Assembly (NCBI GenBank): GCA_964291295.2
Contig: OZ219754.1
Span: forward strand, 1,888,001 to 1,952,000
Direction of reading: 5' to 3'
DNA from: an uncultured Candidatus Binatia bacterium
GTDB taxonomy: Bacteria; Desulfobacterota; Binatia; UBA9968; JAJDTQ01
Length of the DNA stretch: 64,000 bases
Shown: in pieces, positions 61,087 to 64,000 of the stretch
How positions within the stretch are numbered: position 1 is the stretch's first letter
Layout of the letters: every line of letters starts with the position of its first letter
Translations under genes and position numbers: made by a program
Notes under the pieces: generated by a model
Told to the model about the DNA's origin: nothing
Databases searched by the model: none
Seen by the model: the letters and a program-made list of their open reading frames with translations, nothing else

Positions 61087-61911
61087 TCAGGTCCGTCTCT
61101 TCAGGTTCTCGTTGAGGGAGCCGGTGCGGTAGCCCTGCAGATCGAGGCTGATCCAGGTGAAGCCGGCTTCCTTGAAGCGCTTGAGGATCGCCTCGCGGAC
61201 GTTTGCCTGGAGCAGCCTGTGCATCTCCTCCGGAGCGACCTCGATGCGCGCCAGCTCGTCGTGATAGCGCACCCGGTACACCCGGAAGCCGAGTTCCCGC
61301 AGCACCCGTTCGCAACGGTGCACCTGGGCGAGCCTCTCCGGGGTGATGGCGGTGCCGTGGGGAAACCGGCTGGAGAGGCACGCCAGCGCCGGCTTGTTCC
61401 AGACCGGCAGGCCCCGGTGCCGGGCCGCCTCGCGAATGTCGGCCTTGGTGAAGCCCAGTTCGTCCAGCGGCGAGCGGACGCCGCGCTCGCGGGCGGCCTG
61501 GCGTCCGGGCCGGTGGTCGCCGCGGTCGTCGCGGTTGAAGCCGTCCAGCACGTTGGCCACGCCCAGGGCTGCGGCCTGTGCGATGGCCTTGCCGTAGAGT
61601 TCGGTCTTGCAGAAGTAGCAGCGGTTGACGGGATTGGCGGCGTAGCGGGGGTCGTCGAGTTCGCCGGTGTCCACCAGGAGATGCCGGGCGCCGATGCTCT
61701 CGGCCAGGCGCCGGGCGTCGGCGCCCTCCTCGGGCGCGAGGCTGGGAGAGACCGCGGTCAGCGCCAGGGCGTTGCCCCCGAGGACGTCCGCAGCCTCGGC
61801 CAGCAGGTAGCCCGAATCGACCCCGCCGGAGAAACAGACCACCACGTGTTCCATCTCCCTCAGCAGGGTCCGGAGTCCGGCCACCTTCCGGGTCAGCCCA
61901 ATGTGCGTCAC
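61087..61911 (-). CDS. larE: ATP-dependent sulfur transferase LarE
   Basis: SGGVDS PP-loop, NRCYFCK, D.RPG, ACLSSRFP, RVR.H...ARIEV, DL.GYR.GS.N; GTGA overlap with GST stop. Confidence 0.9.
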   Translation of the reverse strand: MTHIGLTRKVAGLRTLLREMEHVVVCFSGGVDSGYLLAEAADVLGGNALALTAVSPSLAPEEGADARRLAESIGARHLLVDTGELDDPRYAANPVNRCYFCKTELYGKAIAQAAALGVANVLDGFNRDDRGDHRPGRQAARERGVRSPLDELGFTKADIREAARHRGLPVWNKPALACLSSRFPHGTAITPERLAQVHRCERVLRELGFRVYRVRYHDELARIEVAPEEMHRLLQANVREAILKRFKEAGFTWISLDLQGYRTGSLNENLKRRT

Positions 61912-62471
61912 GGCGTCGCCTTGACCTTCGGGCGTTCCAGCAGCGAGTCCCGCCAGCGCTTCAGGTTCGGCAGGTCGTCGCTGATGGATGCCTGATAGGC
62001 GTTCTGCCGGGTAAAGAACGGGATATAGGTGATGTCCGCCAGCGAATAGTCGCCGACCATGAAGTCCCGGCCGGCCATCCGCCGGTCCAGTGTCTCCATG
62101 TGCTCCACCAGCCGCTTCTTGTTTTTCTCCACCTCGTGGTCGTGCCGGATGTTGCCGGCGGCGGCCTGGAGCCGGGTGTTGCAGAAGTCGATCCAGATAC
62201 GCACCTCGGCGCGCCGGGCGAAATCCCCTGGCATCAGCGGCACTTCGGGAAACTTCTCGTCCAGATACTCGTTGATGACGGCCGACTCGTAGATCACGGT
62301 GTCGCCGTCCACCAGCACCGGCACCTTGCCGTAGGGGTTGAGCGTGACAAGCTCCTCGGACTTGTTGCGGAGGTCGCACTCCACCAGCTCGTAGGGGATA
62401 TCCTTCTCTGCCAGGACAAGCCTTGTCCTGTGGGCATAGGGTCAAGGGCCGTAAGACAGCAGTCGCAGCAT
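61908..62471 (-). CDS. Selenocysteine-containing glutathione S-transferase (Sec10, U-P-Y-A), 187 aa
   Basis: GGAAGGAGG RBS, ATG 62471, MLRLLSYGP-UGA-PYAHRTRLVLAEK in frame with NPYGKVPVL, YESAVINEYLDE, YSLADI. Confidence 0.87.
62412..62430 (-). promoter_or_regulatory. Putative SECIS hairpin of Sec-GST
   Basis: mRNA CAGGACAAG-G-CUUGUCCUG perfect inverted repeat starting 11 nt after the UGA, GG at the apex. Confidence 0.75.
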
Positions 62472-62546
62472 GTCGTCCTCCTTCCGAAACTGCCGGCGGA
62501 CGTCCCGGGCTCCGCGCGGCAAAATCCTGGGTCATGAGGGGCGGCC

Positions 62547-62933
62547 CTAAGCGATGAGGGGCGGCCTTACCGGCGTGTGGCTGGGCCGCTTCGGCACCCG
62601 CGTGCGCGGCTTGCCGTCAACCTGCGAGTTGCCCGCTCCGAACAGCAGCAGCCGCCCTTCTCCGGTGTTGCAAAGCTGATACGGCCTGCCGGATTCCAGC
62701 AGGATGGTGTCGTGGGGCTTCAGGACGTACGCATTCTCCGGGGTCCGCACCGTGCACTCCCCCTCGAGGACCATGAAGATGTGGTCGTCGTTCTCATGGT
62801 AGTGCATGTCGTCCTGCATGTTCTCTTCGCAGTTGATGGTCCAGAAATAGGTCAGGTCCGTGCGCCACAACGAAAGATGGCGAACATCCGGGTTCGCCTT
62901 GGCCTCCCTGATGGGATTTTTCACCTCGTACAT
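62547..62933 (-). CDS. Monocupin protein
   Basis: MHYHENDDHIFMVLEGE, PYQLCN.G; AGGAGG RBS. Confidence 0.8.
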   Translation of the reverse strand: MYEVKNPIREAKANPDVRHLSLWRTDLTYFWTINCEENMQDDMHYHENDDHIFMVLEGECTVRTPENAYVLKPHDTILLESGRPYQLCNTGEGRLLLFGAGNSQVDGKPRTRVPKRPSHTPVRPPLIA

Positions 62934-62959
62934 GGACGTTCCCTCCTGGTGCCTGGCGG

Positions 62960-63202
62960 CTACGCCACCAGCTTTCCGTGAGTACCGTCGCACCAGGGCC
63001 GGGTCTTCGACCGCCAGCACGCGCAGATGGCCATGGTCCGGGGCTCGTCCACGGTGATCTCGCGGGGCGTGATGGACGTTGCCTTGTGCGACCCGTCGCA
63101 GAACGGAAAGTTCCCGGTCCGCCCGCACATGCAGTAGAACCGGCTCCGGGACTCCTGCCGCACGATCACCGGCTCGATCAGATCATCGTAAGCCAAGCCC
63201 AT
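62960..63202 (-). CDS. Double CDGSH iron-sulfur domain protein (MiNT/CISD3-like)
   Basis: CMCGRTGNFPFCDGSH and CACWRSKTRPWCDGTH. Confidence 0.9.
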   Translation of the reverse strand: MGLAYDDLIEPVIVRQESRSRFYCMCGRTGNFPFCDGSHKATSITPREITVDEPRTMAICACWRSKTRPWCDGTHGKLVA

Positions 63203-63643
63203 TGGGAACTCCCTTCCGTGTCCCTTCTTCCCTTCGGTGTCTTCTCCGGGCGGGCCGGGGCGAGCGGGGCGGTGCCGTCCACCACCGGAATCCGCCGCAT
63301 CCGATGCTCCGGAATATACTCCAGTTGGCCGCTCATGGCCAGACGACGGCCCCGTTCGGTCCGCCGGGCGCCGCCGCGCAGACCGGCGATGTGAGGACGG
63401 CGGTGCTCTGCCTTGGGTCGAGCGGCTCATGGCGGACGATGGCGGCATTGGCAAGACCATCCAGGCCAGCCTTGTTGCGCAGGAAAGCCGGAACGACCAT
63501 GGGCGCCGCCCCGGCCTTCGCGTCGAAACGGCGGGAGACGGAGAGGGCGGGCCGCTTCGCCCCCCCCTTTGCATGGTCCTCGACCGCGCCTTCGACGTCG
63601 GCCCGCGGTGTCGCCCGTGGCCGCTTTCGTCCGCCCCGGTCAG

Positions 63644-63672
63644 TTGACACCCTCCGGTCCGTATACTAGGCT
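63644..63672 (+). promoter_or_regulatory. Putative sigma70 promoter of the nuo operon
   Basis: TTGACA-17nt-TAGGCT. Confidence 0.55.
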
Positions 63673-63726
63673 CCGCTTCCAGCCTCCGCATGACTCTCCT
63701 GACAAGAACGTGCGCGGCGATGCATC

Positions 63727-64000
63727 ATGGGTAGCGAGACGCTCTGGCCGCTGGGTCTGTATTTTCTGATTGCTCTGGTGGTGGCCGGAAGCATGATCGG
63801 ACTGTCGTTCGTCCTCGGGGAACGGCATTCGGACCGTGCCACCGGGCAACCTTACGAGTCGGGCATCGTCTCCACCGGTTCGGCCCGGGTGCGGCTGTCG
63901 GTCAAGTTCTACATCGTCGCGATGCTGTTCGTGATCTTCGATCTCGAAGCGGTCTTCATCTTCGCCTACGCCGTGGCCCACGAAGAGGTGGGGTGGGTCG
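63727..64000 (+). CDS. nuoA: NADH-quinone oxidoreductase subunit A, truncated by window end
   Basis: MGSETLWPL..., PYESGI, KFYIVAMLFVIFDLEAVF. Confidence 0.93.
   Translation, partial: MGSETLWPLGLYFLIALVVAGSMIGLSFVLGERHSDRATGQPYESGIVSTGSARVRLSVKFYIVAMLFVIFDLEAVFIFAYAVAHEEVGWV

Noticed and set aside
63203-63643. 105-aa ORF 63333-63650 between the CDGSH gene and nuoA
   Set aside because: No motif, and it overlaps the predicted nuo promoter; more likely a divergent regulatory region.

Overview
GC-rich bacterial window of about 60 CDSs, mostly transport (TTT, TAXI/TRAP, NitT/SsuA-type ABC, Ehu ABC) and small-molecule catabolism (three LLM oxidoreductases, a Mo-hydroxylase, cupins, two degenerate M20 hydrolases, a split TPP enzyme), ending in nuoA. 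The gene mix resembles an uncultured Binatia/deltaproteobacterial-type heterotroph (inference only). Main results that the ORF track misses: (1) two UGA-recoded selenoproteins, each with a SECIS-like hairpin 11-12 nt after the UGA. One is an orphan GrdB-type reductase subunit with an unusual U-G-T-S-T-R-S motif; the other is a Sec-GST translationally coupled to larE in a CDGSH-cupin-GST(Sec)-larE operon. (2) A lower-GC toxin-antitoxin-chaperone (TAC) module whose antitoxin has an in-frame UGA cutting off an otherwise intact ChAD-like tail ending -LCAA. (3) An RTX protein embedded among four glycosyltransferases. (4) A frameshifted HNH-like membrane protein and a stop-less LLM gene. (5) Many short tandem duplications and REP-like elements. 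No rRNA, tRNA or CRISPR array was seen. All functional calls come from motifs read by eye; no database search was run.
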